Both the position numbers and the translations under genes were made by a program. A stretch of 60,449 nucleotides of DNA, taken from the NCBI GenBank assembly GCA_010028705.1, contig RHAI01000003.1, positions 1 through 60,449 on the forward strand, in the 5' to 3' direction. This DNA comes from a bacterium. GTDB taxonomy: Bacteria; Margulisbacteria; Marinamargulisbacteria; SXXA01. A model generated the notes under the pieces. It did no database searches. It saw only the letters and a list, made by a program, of their open reading frames with translations, and was not told where the DNA came from. The stretch's first letter is position 1, and the number at the start of each line of letters is the position of its first letter. Below are positions 46,892 to 57,279 of this stretch, piece by piece.

Positions 46892-48872
46892 GTCTGTTCA
46901 AACTATCCAGAGCAGCGCCTTGGCTACCCGTCAATCTGCCGAGCTCGGCCTCGTCAACGATCTGAATATTCGATTTTCCACTTGAATTCAGTGAGCGGAC
47001 CTTGTCAAGTTTACTCCCGGCGGACTCGCCGACGACTAACACGTTTAATTTTGCCGAGACGGAGGTGAGGATAATTCCCCCCTCTGATTTAATCTCGGCT
47101 TCGATATCATGGCGGGCTTTTGATAGGGTGCCTGTGATTAAAAATGACATTCCTGAAAAGCGCCCGGATACTGTTTGAACGGGCGTTGGTTGAACGCCAC
47201 AGGCCAGGAGATCGTCAATCCATTGTCGTTTCAACGGGCTGTAAATGTACTGCAGGATTGCTTCGGCGACCTTTTCTCCGATGTCATCGATACTGAGAAG
47301 ATCGCTGGTGTTGGTGCTTAAAAATGCATCGATCGTGACATAATGGTGTGCTAAACGGGCGGCGGTTGCCTTGCCGACAAACGGAATCCCCAGCGAAAAA
47401 ATAAATCGTGACAATGAATTGTGTTTGCTACCATCGAGAGCGTTACGTATGTTTTCGACGGATTTTTCCCCCATTCGGTCAACGGCTTTCCATTCGGATG
47501 CAGATAAGCGGTACAGGTCAGCAAACGATCTCACGAATCCATTTGTGACCAATTGCTCGATTAACGTGTCGCCGAGTCCATCCACTGACATCGCATCTCG
47601 ACTGACGAAATGCTGTATTCGTGCGCCAATTTGAGCCGTACAGTTGTCGTTGGGACATCGGATCGCGACTTCGGTGCTCGAGTTCACTAGCGGTGTTCCA
47701 CATGCCGGGCACAGTGTTGGAATAACGACCGGCAGGCTGGTGTCGGATCGGCTAACGCTCGCGATGACTTCGGGGATCACGTCTCCCGCACGATGGACTG
47801 AAACAAGATCCCCAATGAATACACCTTTGCGCTCGATGTCTTCAACGTTGTGTAATGTCGCCCGACGAATTAATACCCCTCCGACACGCACAGGGGTCAA
47901 TGTCGCTACTGGGGTAAGTACCCCCGTCCGTCCGACTTGCCAGGTAATATCTTCTAACGTGGTCACGGCATGTGTACTCGGAAATTTATATGCTATCGCC
48001 CAGCGAGGCGCTTTGGAGGTGCTGCCTATCTCGTTTTGGTAAGCCAATGAATCAACTTTGACAACCACCCCATCCGTATCCCAATCATAATCATGACGTA
48101 GCGTATTCATTCGGTAAATACCGGTTGTAATCCAATCCATGCCTCGACCGATGTCTCGGTCCGGGGGAACTTGGAATCCCAGACTCTTCAGGTGATTCAG
48201 TCTCTCAAATTGGGAGTCGATATCGATCCCAATCGCTTGGTAGGCAAAAAAATCAAGGTGTCGAGATGCTGTAATTGCCGGGTCCAATTGGCGTAACGAT
48301 CCACTCGCCATATTTCGGGGATTGGCATATTCCCCACGATGGCGTTCAAAAATACTTCGACGCATAATCACTTCGCCGCGCACTTCAATCGTAATTGGCT
48401 TCGACAGCGTTTTGGGGAGGCTGCGAATGGTTCGCACATTTTGTGTGACAATCTCCCCTTGGGTTCCATTACCCCGAGTGGCGGCAATACTCAGTACTCC
48501 ATTTTTATAGTGGACAGCAATGGCAAGTCCATCCATTTTGGGTTCCAACGTAAAATCGATTTCGGGAACTCCCGTTATCTTTTCGATCCGGTCAATAAAC
48601 GCTTGGAGTTCGATTTGAGACATGCAATTGGATAGGGATTTTAGCGGGATGGGGTGAACGAATTCTGAAAATTGAGCATGCGTGGGGGCGCCGACTCGCT
48701 GGGTCGGGGAGTCGTGGGCAATCAGCAGCGGATGTGTAGATTCGAACGATTCGACCGCTCGAATCAGTCGGTCAAATTCCTCGTCCGAAATCGGACTTTG
48801 GTTGAGGGTGTAGTAGGCGGTTGAATAATGGTTTAGGCGGTCAACAAGTCGGAGATATTCGGAGTGATCCAT
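46872..48872 (-). CDS. ligA: NAD-dependent DNA ligase
   Basis: YY....P.ISDEEFD, the KxDG adenylation motif (EPKMDGLA), a Zn finger (CPACGT..C.N..C), HhH and BRCT. ATG 48872 (MDHSEYL) is preferred over the track TTG at 48896. Confidence 0.95.
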   Translation of the reverse strand: MDHSEYLRLVDRLNHYSTAYYTLNQSPISDEEFDRLIRAVESFESTHPLLIAHDSPTQRVGAPTHAQFSEFVHPIPLKSLSNCMSQIELQAFIDRIEKITGVPEIDFTLEPKMDGLAIAVHYKNGVLSIAATRGNGTQGEIVTQNVRTIRSLPKTLSKPITIEVRGEVIMRRSIFERHRGEYANPRNMASGSLRQLDPAITASRHLDFFAYQAIGIDIDSQFERLNHLKSLGFQVPPDRDIGRGMDWITTGIYRMNTLRHDYDWDTDGVVVKVDSLAYQNEIGSTSKAPRWAIAYKFPSTHAVTTLEDITWQVGRTGVLTPVATLTPVRVGGVLIRRATLHNVEDIERKGVFIGDLVSVHRAGDVIPEVIASVSRSDTSLPVVIPTLCPACGTPLVNSSTEVAIRCPNDNCTAQIGARIQHFVSRDAMSVDGLGDTLIEQLVTNGFVRSFADLYRLSASEWKAVDRMGEKSVENIRNALDGSKHNSLSRFIFSLGIPFVGKATAARLAHHYVTIDAFLSTNTSDLLSIDDIGEKVAEAILQYIYSPLKRQWIDDLLACGVQPTPVQTVSGRFSGMSFLITGTLSKARHDIEAEIKSEGGIILTSVSAKLNVLVVGESAGSKLDKVRSLNSSGKSNIQIVDEAELGRLTGSQGAALDSLNRPSPRHP

Positions 48873-48876
48873 TACA

Positions 48877-49704
48877 CTACATTGCCCACCTGGCAAGAAT
48901 TCGTGTGACCCAAAGGATGTAGTGAGTAAACGGCATTAGCAATACTTGAGATAAAACTAACGTTCCAAATAACCGCCCAAATTGCAAGAAAAAGACAGTG
49001 GACCTAACGTCGGCTTCTGGCCGAATCCCGTGGATCGCTTGGTCGGTTACTCGGGCACCGGCGGGATCAACGAACAAGGTAAAAAGTATCGTTGCTATCC
49101 CGTTGACAATCCCCGACAACTGATTGGCTGTCGACCGAAATTCCGGCAACATTGCGCCGGCTAACAGCGAGCATAGCACCCCGATTGTGTACACTGAGGT
49201 CACAATCGCATTAAGAATTAACGGAGTTTTTGGCAACCGCTTGACGGAAATGGTGTGTAGACTTGCGACGGACGGTACTCGAAGCATCTTGATAAATTTT
49301 AAAAGTCGACGCGGAGAAAAAAAACTGATGGCTAATCGGGGGACGGATCCCGAAATCGAAAATTTTGTAATTCCTATTGCAAACACTTGGACCATGGTCG
49401 GTGTCAATGCAAATCCTAGAAATGACCCGAGGAATCCGCACAAAATTATCCATCGAAATTGCATTTCCAAAATATGGATTGCGTTCGCGTGAGGCATCAT
49501 CACGGTGGAGTCGACCATTGTGCCGAGTAATGGTGCCTGAAACATATTGGACAGGCGCGAGATTAATAATGTGCTCGTGACAAACGAGAGAGATACGGCG
49601 ATTTGTCGCGTTCGCACCCCAGCTAAACGCATGGAATACGCGAGTGATTCGGTGAGATGTATTACTGTGGTAAAAAAACCAACGACAATTAATGAGTGAG
49701 TCAT
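48877..49704 (-). CDS. amj: Amj-family (DUF2837) alternative lipid II flippase
   Basis: MTHSLIVVGFFTTVIHLTESLAYSMRLAGVRTRQIAVSLSF resembles the Amj N-terminus as I recall it. About 275 aa, polytopic. ATG 49704 is preferred over the track GTG at 49722. Confidence 0.55.
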   Translation of the reverse strand: MTHSLIVVGFFTTVIHLTESLAYSMRLAGVRTRQIAVSLSFVTSTLLISRLSNMFQAPLLGTMVDSTVMMPHANAIHILEMQFRWIILCGFLGSFLGFALTPTMVQVFAIGITKFSISGSVPRLAISFFSPRRLLKFIKMLRVPSVASLHTISVKRLPKTPLILNAIVTSVYTIGVLCSLLAGAMLPEFRSTANQLSGIVNGIATILFTLFVDPAGARVTDQAIHGIRPEADVRSTVFFLQFGRLFGTLVLSQVLLMPFTHYILWVTRILARWAM

Positions 49705-49711
49705 TTTTGTC

Positions 49712-49741
49712 ATGATACCCACCCTGGGTGCGCGTTGGCAA
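49712..49741 (-). promoter_or_regulatory. putative promoter TTGCCA-N18-TATCAT, 7 nt upstream of amj ATG 49704
   Basis: -35 at 49741-49736, -10 at 49717-49712. The -35 overlaps the pyrH -35 on the other strand (palindromic TTGGCAA). Confidence 0.35.
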
Positions 49742-49763
49742 ACCCCGCTCGAATTGATACACT
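49735..49763 (+). promoter_or_regulatory. putative sigma-70 promoter TTGGCA-N17-TACACT, 9 nt upstream of pyrH ATG
   Basis: -35 at 49735-49740, -10 at 49758-49763, ATG at 49773. No SD in the gap. Confidence 0.4.
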
Positions 49764-49772
49764 GCCGCCATT

Positions 49773-50498
49773 ATGAATACACAAAATCCCCCCTTCAAAC
49801 GCGTTCTGTTAAAAATGAGTGGCGAAGCCTTCAAAGGCGATCGTGAGTACGGTATCGATCCTCAATTCTTGGTCGATATCGCGAATGAGATTAAGGCCGG
49901 TCATTCGCTTGGTGTTCAAATTGGAATTGTTATTGGGGGAGGGAATATATTCCGAGGAATTGCCGGAGCGGCACGCGGAATGGATCGTGTCACAGCGGAT
50001 TACACCGGCATGCTTGCCACTGTGATGAACGCGTTGGCCCTACAGGATGCCTTGACCAAAGTCGGGGTTGATTCTCGGGTTCAGACCGCCATTGAGATGC
50101 GCGAAGTGGCGGAGCCATTTATTCTGCGACGGGCCATACGGCACTTCGAGAAGGGCCGAATTGTTATATTTGCGGGGGGAACAGGTAATCCCTATTTTAC
50201 GACCGATACAACGGCGGCCTTACGAGCGGCTGAAATTCGGGCGGATGCGATTTTAAAAGCCACAAAAGTCGACGGGGTTTACACCGAGGATCCCGTCCAT
50301 AATCCTGACGCCTCGAAATTTGACTCCCTCCCGCATATCGATGTGCTAAACAAGCGCCTGAAAGTGATGGACACGACGGCGTTGTCATTGAGTATGGATA
50401 ATCAAATCCCCATCTTGGTATTTAGTTTGAAAGAGCGAGGCAACATTCATAAAATTTTGTCCGGTGAAAAAATCGGCACAACCATTGGAGGGAAATAA
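49773..50498 (+). CDS. pyrH: UMP kinase
   Basis: [73 protein letters not shown]. Confidence 0.95.
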   Translation: MNTQNPPFKRVLLKMSGEAFKGDREYGIDPQFLVDIANEIKAGHSLGVQIGIVIGGGNIFRGIAGAARGMDRVTADYTGMLATVMNALALQDALTKVGVDSRVQTAIEMREVAEPFILRRAIRHFEKGRIVIFAGGTGNPYFTTDTTAALRAAEIRADAILKATKVDGVYTEDPVHNPDASKFDSLPHIDVLNKRLKVMDTTALSLSMDNQIPILVFSLKERGNIHKILSGEKIGTTIGGK

Positions 50499-50499
50499 T

Positions 50500-51042
50500 A
50501 TGTCGGAATTGAAGTCGCGTATGGAAAAATCAGTAGAATCACTTAAGGCAACGTTGGCAGGGTTTCGAACCGGTCGTGCCAGTCCAGAGTTGTTAAATCG
50601 ATTAACGGTGTCCTATTACGGCTCGATGGTGCCAGTCAAGCAAGTCGCGGCCATCAGTGTTCCTGAGCCACGGGTCATTATGTTGAATGTGTTTGACAAA
50701 GGAGGCGTCAAGGATGTCGAGCGTGCCATTATGACATCTGATTTGGGATTGCAACCTCAAACCGATGGGACCATTATCCGATTACGTCTGCCCGAACTAA
50801 CTGAAGATCGACGAAAGGATTTGGTTAAACAAGTCAAGAAAGCGGTTGAAGATGCCAAAGTGTCAGTTCGAAACATTCGCCGTGATTTTGTTGATTCGAT
50901 TAAGGCTCAAGAAAAAGATAAGTCTGTGAGTGAAGACGAGGCGAAGAAAAAACAGGATGACGCTCAAAAAACTACAGATCATTATATCGGAATTTTGGAT
51001 TCTCTTGCCAAGGACAAAGAGGCCGAAATTATGACGGTGTAA
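50500..51042 (+). CDS. frr: ribosome recycling factor
   Basis: Start at ATG 50500 (MSELKSRMEKSV). FRTGRASPELL..V.YYGS..P..Q.A.IS.PE.R......FD......VE.AI..SDLGL.P..DG..IR...P.LTE.RRK.L.K. Confidence 0.95.
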   Translation: MSELKSRMEKSVESLKATLAGFRTGRASPELLNRLTVSYYGSMVPVKQVAAISVPEPRVIMLNVFDKGGVKDVERAIMTSDLGLQPQTDGTIIRLRLPELTEDRRKDLVKQVKKAVEDAKVSVRNIRRDFVDSIKAQEKDKSVSEDEAKKKQDDAQKTTDHYIGILDSLAKDKEAEIMTV

Positions 51043-51797
51043 TGTCAGGCACGACCGACGATCAAATTGCCTTCGCCAAAACACTGGGTATCAATCCGGA
51101 GTCGGTTCCTGCTCATGTTGCAATTGTGATGGATGGGAATGGCCGATGGGCAAAAAAGCGCTTGATGCCACGAATAATGGGACATCGGCAAGGTGCGGAA
51201 AGCCTTCGATCGACGATCAAAGCGTGTGGGGATGTTGGGGTGAAATTTTTGTCGGTGTATGTGTTTTCGACAGAAAACTGGAAGCGATCGCCTGAGGAAG
51301 TTAGTTTTTTGATGGGATTTATGAAGGAAATGTTCGCAAAAGAGACTCCCAAGCTTCACGCGAGAAATGTCCGAATGAAAGCGGTTGGAGATCTGTCCGG
51401 ATTAAGCCAGGAGTTGCGGGATCAAATTGATAAATCAGAAGAATTAACGGCATCGAACACATTGATGCAATTCAATTTGCTTATTAATTATGGCTCACGT
51501 CGTGAATTAGTCCACGCCATGGAGAAGTTGGCTCTTCGGGTTCGGTCGGGAGAGTCGCTGGTGATAGATGAAGCGTTAGTGTCCGATTCGTTGTATACGG
51601 CGGGAATCCCGGATCCGGATATCGTAATACGAACGGGTGGAGATACCCGAATAAGCAATTTTCTACTGTGGCAGAGTGCTTACGCTGAATTTTTCTTCCT
51701 TGAAAAATTGTGGCCGGATTTTAGCGAAACCGACCTTTTCGACGTCATCAAAAAATTTCAGGCTCGGGAGCGGCGATTCGGAGGCGTCACGGCGTGA
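51042..51797 (+). CDS. uppS: di-trans,poly-cis-undecaprenyl-diphosphate synthase
   Basis: HVAIVMDGNGRWAK..GH..G......V...C...GVKFLSVYVFSTENW.R...EV..LM..IRTGG..R.SNFLLWQ.AYAEF. Confidence 0.95.
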   Translation: MSGTTDDQIAFAKTLGINPESVPAHVAIVMDGNGRWAKKRLMPRIMGHRQGAESLRSTIKACGDVGVKFLSVYVFSTENWKRSPEEVSFLMGFMKEMFAKETPKLHARNVRMKAVGDLSGLSQELRDQIDKSEELTASNTLMQFNLLINYGSRRELVHAMEKLALRVRSGESLVIDEALVSDSLYTAGIPDPDIVIRTGGDTRISNFLLWQSAYAEFFFLEKLWPDFSETDLFDVIKKFQARERRFGGVTA

Positions 51798-52600
51798 TAA
51801 AACGGGCTATCACCGCATTGGTATTGCTGGCTATCGCGGCTGTGGTGGTTAATTTTGGAGGCTTGGCCTTGCTGATTTGGGTATGGATCATATCAATCGC
51901 AGCGGCGTACGAAATGTTTTATATGTTAAAAAAACGAGGCGTTCGACCGTTTGAATGGAGCGGGTATTTCCTCATCAGTCTGGGAATCGTAGGGACTTAT
52001 TTCGATCACCATTTTTTATTTTGGGGAAGTCCTTTGGTTCGCGTCGTGGCTCTGGCAATTTTGGGAGGAGTCTTCGCCGAATTGAGCAGAAAACGGATTT
52101 GGGTCCCCCAGTCAAATATCCTGGCTACGGCTCGAATTGTTTTCTTTATATTGTTTACCTTCACGTATATTTTTTTGATTAGAGCCGGAAATAATGGACT
52201 TATTAATTTGCTGTTTTGCTTATTAGTTGTCTGGGCATCGGATTCAATGGCACTACTGGGTGGGCGATGGATCGGTCGGACGCAGCTGTCTCAGGTCAGC
52301 CCCAATAAAACCCTCGAAGGATCCCTGATCGGACTATTATTTGGATTGGGAGTCGCATGGGTTTACATGGCGTTGTTGGCCCGATTCTGGGATGTCCATT
52401 TGCCGTTTCTATATTACTCCCTCGTCGCCATTGGGGTCGCGTTTGTATCCCAAATTGGGGATTTACATGAGTCGCTGTACAAGCGCCATTTTGGCGTGAA
52501 AGATTCGTCAACCTTGTTGCCCGGCCACGGTGGAGTGTACGATCGGGCTGATAGTACATTATTCATCGCTCCGTTAGCGTTTTATTTGTTCAACGGATGA
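51794..52600 (+). CDS. cdsA: phosphatidate cytidylyltransferase
   Basis: Polytopic. C-terminal signature SPNKTLEGS..G..F..QIGDL.ES..KR..GVKDS..LLPGHGG.YDR.DS. GTGA overlap with uppS. Confidence 0.9.
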   Translation: MIKRAITALVLLAIAAVVVNFGGLALLIWVWIISIAAAYEMFYMLKKRGVRPFEWSGYFLISLGIVGTYFDHHFLFWGSPLVRVVALAILGGVFAELSRKRIWVPQSNILATARIVFFILFTFTYIFLIRAGNNGLINLLFCLLVVWASDSMALLGGRWIGRTQLSQVSPNKTLEGSLIGLLFGLGVAWVYMALLARFWDVHLPFLYYSLVAIGVAFVSQIGDLHESLYKRHFGVKDSSTLLPGHGGVYDRADSTLFIAPLAFYLFNG

Positions 52601-53742
52601 AACGTATTGGGATTCTCGGATGTACAGGTTCAGTGGGGGAGCAAACTCTCGAAGTAGTGTCCGCATATTCGTCCCAGTTTAAGGTTGTTGCGATAGCGGC
52701 TCATTCATCGGTCGACCGTGTTGCGGAGCAATTTAGGCAGTTTATGCCGGAATGTGTGGCATTGACCAACCCCGATGCGGCGAAGACATTAGAGCAACGC
52801 ATTGGATCGAGTGTTATATCTGGCCGTAATGCTTTGGTGGATATTGTCGATGCGGTTGATGTGGATATGTGGGTTGTGGCGGTGGTGGGAACAGCGGCAC
52901 TGTCGGCCACCATGGCCATCATTCGTCGGAAAATCCCGATTGCTTTGGCCTGTAAGGAAGTACTCGTCTCGGCGGGTACACTGATAATGGCTGCGGCGAC
53001 AGAGGGGAATGTGCCCATTATTCCCGTTGATTCTGAACACGCGGCGCTGAAACAGTGTTTGGCGAGTGTAAATGAATCGATGAATGATGTATCTCGGCTG
53101 ATTCTGACCGCATCTGGAGGGCCCTTTTTGAACCGGCCGGCCGGCACGTTTGATCGGATTACACCGGAGGATGCGTTAAAGCACCCCAAATGGTCAATGG
53201 GAGCCAAGATTTCGATCGATTCTTCAACGTTAATGAATAAAGGATTGGAAGTGATTGAAGCGCATTTTCTATTCAATACGCCGTTTTCTAAAATAGATGT
53301 GGTTATTCATCCTGAAAGCATCGTCCATAGTTTTATTGAGGTTGTAGATGGTACTGTCATTGCTCAATTGGGGACGCCTGATATGAAGTCGCCCATTCAA
53401 TATGCGTTAACTTATCCCAGGAAATGGCCAGCACTAAGTCATCGACTCGATCTAACCCAGCTATCGGGCTTGCATTTTTGTGCGCCAGATACTGAACGGT
53501 TTCCCCTGTTAACGTTAGCCTACTCGTGTGGACAGGCAGGAAAAACGGTAGCCGCTGTGATGAATGCCGCAAACGAAGCGGCGGTTGGACTGTTTTTGTC
53601 CAATAAAGTATCATATTTAGATATTTATAAAATAGTTGACAACATGGTTAATGATTTTGATCATTTCGAACCCGGCTCGATAGAGGATATTGTTGCCGTT
53701 GATCAGCGAGTCAAAGAACGGGTGCTGGCCCTGGAAGGGTAG
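52597..53742 (+). CDS. dxr: 1-deoxy-D-xylulose-5-phosphate reductoisomerase
   Basis: IGILGCTGSVG.QTL..LA.KE.LV.AG..IIPVDSEH.A..QCL..LTASGGPF..HP.WSMG.KISIDS.TLMNKGLE.IEA..LF. Confidence 0.95.
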   Translation: MKRIGILGCTGSVGEQTLEVVSAYSSQFKVVAIAAHSSVDRVAEQFRQFMPECVALTNPDAAKTLEQRIGSSVISGRNALVDIVDAVDVDMWVVAVVGTAALSATMAIIRRKIPIALACKEVLVSAGTLIMAAATEGNVPIIPVDSEHAALKQCLASVNESMNDVSRLILTASGGPFLNRPAGTFDRITPEDALKHPKWSMGAKISIDSSTLMNKGLEVIEAHFLFNTPFSKIDVVIHPESIVHSFIEVVDGTVIAQLGTPDMKSPIQYALTYPRKWPALSHRLDLTQLSGLHFCAPDTERFPLLTLAYSCGQAGKTVAAVMNAANEAAVGLFLSNKVSYLDIYKIVDNMVNDFDHFEPGSIEDIVAVDQRVKERVLALEG

Positions 53743-53786
53743 ACCATTGAGAGCGATGACGGATTAAATAAGGGGGGTGGGTCAAA

Positions 53787-54893
53787 TTGAAGCGTGAACT
53801 TGCATTGGCATTAAATAGTTTGTTCTATGATTCGCCCCGTCGATCACGGCAGTATTATGATGTATTTGAATCGGTAGCCGAATTGACCAGCGCGAAGGGT
53901 ATGTTGATTAATGAAATCCAGGGTAAATATCAGCCTGTGGTCAAGCGGCGATGGGACGCGTTAAATATTGATCGGCTACAAAATCGCCTGGATACGTTAG
54001 GGGTAATGGTTTTAGATCTTAATTCCCCACACTATCCAATATTGATGCGCGAACTCAATGACGCACCGGTGGTAATTTACGTCAAAGGGCGCACAGATAT
54101 TTTTTCCAAAGACTGGATGTCTGTAGTTGGAACCCGGGCGATGACGGACTACGGTCAGCGAATTGCTGCGGAAATAACGATGGGGCTATGTCCCTATTTT
54201 GGAATTGTGTCGGGGCTGGCTGTGGGAATTGACACCGTGGTGCATCGAACGGCGTTAGCCCAACAGGCCACTACAGTGGCCATTTTAGGGACGGCGATCG
54301 ATCGCATTTATCCTGCCGATAATATGGGCCTTGCCGAGCGAATTTGTGAGGATGGTGCGATTATGTCGGAGTATCCCCCCGGGGCACTAAGTCAGCCGTA
54401 TCATTTTCCCCAACGTAATCGATTGATTAGTGCAATGTCTCGGGGAGTCGTTGTCGTAGAAGCACAGCTCAAGAGCGGGGCGCTGAGTACCGCCAGTCAT
54501 GCTATTTCTCAGAATCGGGAATTATTTGTGGTGCCGGGTCCCATTGATTCGGTCGCGTCTGCCGGGTGTAATCAGTTAATCCGGCAGGGTGCTTTGTGTG
54601 TGACCCAAGTGGCGGATATATTAAACGAGTATGCGTATCTTCCCAAAGTACCTCGGGCACGAACTCCCAGCCGGTCACCGGCTGCCCAAGATATGGTTGA
54701 TCTGTCCGCGATGACTGATCATGAACGGGCAATTTGGGATCAGGTATCGGTGTCGCCAAAAACAATCGATGATTTAGTTGCAGTGTCTGGGATCTCCGTT
54801 CCTATTGTACTTTCCGTTTTGACGATTTTTGAGCTTAAAGGATGGATTCAACAATTGCCTGGAAATAGATATTCATCCGTTTTGGCGGGTTAA
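53787..54893 (+). CDS. dprA: DNA-processing protein DprA (Smf)
   Basis: TTG start with AAGGGGGGTGGG upstream. SVVGTRAMT.YG......I..GL.....IVSGLA.GID...H..AL......T.A.LG...D..YP..N..L...I...GA..SE..PG..and a C-terminal winged helix. Confidence 0.9.
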   Translation: MKRELALALNSLFYDSPRRSRQYYDVFESVAELTSAKGMLINEIQGKYQPVVKRRWDALNIDRLQNRLDTLGVMVLDLNSPHYPILMRELNDAPVVIYVKGRTDIFSKDWMSVVGTRAMTDYGQRIAAEITMGLCPYFGIVSGLAVGIDTVVHRTALAQQATTVAILGTAIDRIYPADNMGLAERICEDGAIMSEYPPGALSQPYHFPQRNRLISAMSRGVVVVEAQLKSGALSTASHAISQNRELFVVPGPIDSVASAGCNQLIRQGALCVTQVADILNEYAYLPKVPRARTPSRSPAAQDMVDLSAMTDHERAIWDQVSVSPKTIDDLVAVSGISVPIVLSVLTIFELKGWIQQLPGNRYSSVLAG

Positions 54894-54928
54894 TAGGAGT
54901 ATTTGAGCGACATGGGAAACGTTGTGAT

Positions 54929-55543
54929 ATGCATTTGACTGGAGAGTATGTGAATCCGTTTTCAGGTGTAGTACTCACAACACGGTACAGCCAACTCCAT
55001 GACGCGCTTGAATCGTCGAATACTGCTAAATTGCCAGTGGCGTTTATGGAGCAAACCCATTCCAATGAGTGGGCATTAGTTGATTCGACGGCCGGAACTC
55101 ACAATTATCGTCGGGTTGATGCGTTAATCACTGATTCGAATTGCGTTTTAGTGGTGCGAACGGCGGATTGTCTGCCAATTTTTATCTCCCATTCATCGGG
55201 ATGGCGAGCTGCAATTCACGCCGGTCGTCGCGGTACATTAGGTAACATTACCCAGATCGTTCTGAGTGAACTTTGTCGACGTATTACCGAGTCGGGCCGC
55301 TTTCACATTTGGTTCGGCCCTTGCATTTGTAACCTGTGTTATCAAATTGATTGGGATACCGATACCCATTTCGACCTTGTGTCTGAAAATATTCGCCAAA
55401 TCAACGACGTGTTGGGGCCGAATAACTATCAATTAGTCGACGTTGGGCACTGTACTTCGTGTCGAAATGACTTGTTTTTTTCATATCGAAAAGAGGCAAC
55501 CTCGGAACGAATTTATTCGATTTGGGTGCCCCCCGTTATCTAA
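54929..55543 (+). CDS. pgeF: PgeF/YfiH-family (Cu-oxidase_4) purine nucleoside phosphorylase / peptidoglycan editing factor
   Basis: MEQTHSN......DALITD......VRTADCLPIF......HAGRRGT....C..C..FFSYRKE. Confidence 0.85.
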   Translation: MHLTGEYVNPFSGVVLTTRYSQLHDALESSNTAKLPVAFMEQTHSNEWALVDSTAGTHNYRRVDALITDSNCVLVVRTADCLPIFISHSSGWRAAIHAGRRGTLGNITQIVLSELCRRITESGRFHIWFGPCICNLCYQIDWDTDTHFDLVSENIRQINDVLGPNNYQLVDVGHCTSCRNDLFFSYRKEATSERIYSIWVPPVI

Positions 55544-55548
55544 GCCGT

Positions 55549-57279
55549 TTAAAACGTTTGGCCGAGCCCAAAATGAATAATGTATGATTCCCCAAGCGCC
55601 AAATCGATTCGCAAGGGGCCAATTGGGGTAAATGCACGCAGCCCCACTCCCCAGCCGCTTAAGAATCCATTGAAACTAGTTGACCATCCGGTTGAAAACG
55701 CTCGTCCGGTATCCCAAAATACAACGCCCTGAAACGTGGGGGTGAAATCATGGCGCCACTCGATATTCATTAATAGCTCTTTGTTACCGACAAATATTGG
55801 GAATGACTCTTTATATCCACGGATCGTATTTGATCCACCGAGATCAAATCCTTCGTTTTCGAATGTGAATCCGTTCGTTGGTTCGGGTGTAAAGCAGCCA
55901 GCCACTACTCGGGTGGCTAAGACGTCAGACGAGGCTATTTCGATAAACCCAGCCAAGGTAGTGACCCATCGGGTAAACACGAGACCCCCGAGGGAAAGGC
56001 CTCCTATTTTCCCCCCTATTTCATACGAGGCCAGGGAATAGACCCCATTCCGAGGGTTTGCCACGTTCGATACGGTTGTAAATTCTAAATTACATCCGAT
56101 GGATCTCAATTTGTAAGGATCGATTTGGCTAGTTGAGTCGGGGAAGACATCTTCAACTTTAGCAACGCTTCCAAGTGAGAGTAAATTCGACAAGGGATAT
56201 CTGACTCCTAAGTCGACGCCGACCCGTCGATTTGAAAATGACAGTCGGTTGGAATTGTTGCGGTCTTTTGTCAAAAATTCGTTGATTACTTCTGACCATC
56301 CGCCAAGCGATATTGATATCGGCCATTGATTAAGTAACCAGGGTTGAGTATAGCGTGCCGCGTACCCCTGAAGATATGCCCCTGAATCGTGCCAAGCGCC
56401 TTGTAGTTTTAGACTAATGACATCGCTGGGTATGAGTAGATGGTGGAAATCGGTTCTCACAAACCCGGTTAATGGCTGTTGCCCCGTTTGCTCATAGTAT
56501 TCTAACCCGGCATCCAGAATATTGATTTTTCGAGGACGAGTACCAAAGATAACTTTGACTCGACCTTGCTCGGAGGATTCGTCTAAGCGTGGCGGATCGA
56601 CATCGGAAAAGTAACCTAATTTCAGAATTCGTTCACGGTCGGATCGAAGCTGCGCCGTATTAAAGTATCCACCCGGGTGTGATTTTATCTCCCGCAATAT
56701 AACGGGTTTTAATTTGGTCGGAATACCGTCGATGTCAATCTCACTAATGGTTCCCTCCGAGACATAGATCAATACGATTCGGTCAGTAACCAGAATACTT
56801 TGTACGACTCGCGCCAGGTCAAACCCTCGAGCTCGGTAGGTCGACTCGATTTGGTCGATCAACTGGGCTGTTTTTCTCGTATTCAATACGTCCCCCACTC
56901 GTAATGGGGAATTGTCCAATAATATATTTGATGAAATTGAAACGTTTCCGGAAATAATAATCGCGTTAATTGTCGGATATTCTTCACATACAAATCGTAA
57001 CTGAAAGCCACGGTCCGGAACGCGATTGGGTAGGGCTTCGACTCGTTTGAAATACCCCGTTCGATACAGACTTTGTATATCATGCTGGAGTGAGGAATCT
57101 TGTAATTTTTGACCGACTTTTGACGACATAGCATCGGGACCAGGTATTTCGGCGGCTGTGGAGGGCGTGGTTCCGACTATTTCGATCGACTCGATTCTTC
57201 CCTCGCTAGATGCGAATACATCCGAATAGTTTCCGATGGCCATCATGATCCAGACACAGACGAAAACCCTAAAAATCAT
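55549..57279 (-). CDS. Omp85-family outer-membrane protein (TamA/BamA-like, about 3 POTRA + D15 barrel)
   Basis: ATG 57279 gives the signal peptide MIFRVFVCVWIMMAIGNYSDVFA. POTRA-type repeats (IESIEIVGT; INAIIISGN; ISEIDIDGI), a surface-antigen barrel and a terminal ..HFGLGQTF beta-signal. 11-nt overlap with the tamB stop. Confidence 0.8.
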   Translation of the reverse strand: MIFRVFVCVWIMMAIGNYSDVFASSEGRIESIEIVGTTPSTAAEIPGPDAMSSKVGQKLQDSSLQHDIQSLYRTGYFKRVEALPNRVPDRGFQLRFVCEEYPTINAIIISGNVSISSNILLDNSPLRVGDVLNTRKTAQLIDQIESTYRARGFDLARVVQSILVTDRIVLIYVSEGTISEIDIDGIPTKLKPVILREIKSHPGGYFNTAQLRSDRERILKLGYFSDVDPPRLDESSEQGRVKVIFGTRPRKINILDAGLEYYEQTGQQPLTGFVRTDFHHLLIPSDVISLKLQGAWHDSGAYLQGYAARYTQPWLLNQWPISISLGGWSEVINEFLTKDRNNSNRLSFSNRRVGVDLGVRYPLSNLLSLGSVAKVEDVFPDSTSQIDPYKLRSIGCNLEFTTVSNVANPRNGVYSLASYEIGGKIGGLSLGGLVFTRWVTTLAGFIEIASSDVLATRVVAGCFTPEPTNGFTFENEGFDLGGSNTIRGYKESFPIFVGNKELLMNIEWRHDFTPTFQGVVFWDTGRAFSTGWSTSFNGFLSGWGVGLRAFTPIGPLRIDLALGESYIIHFGLGQTF

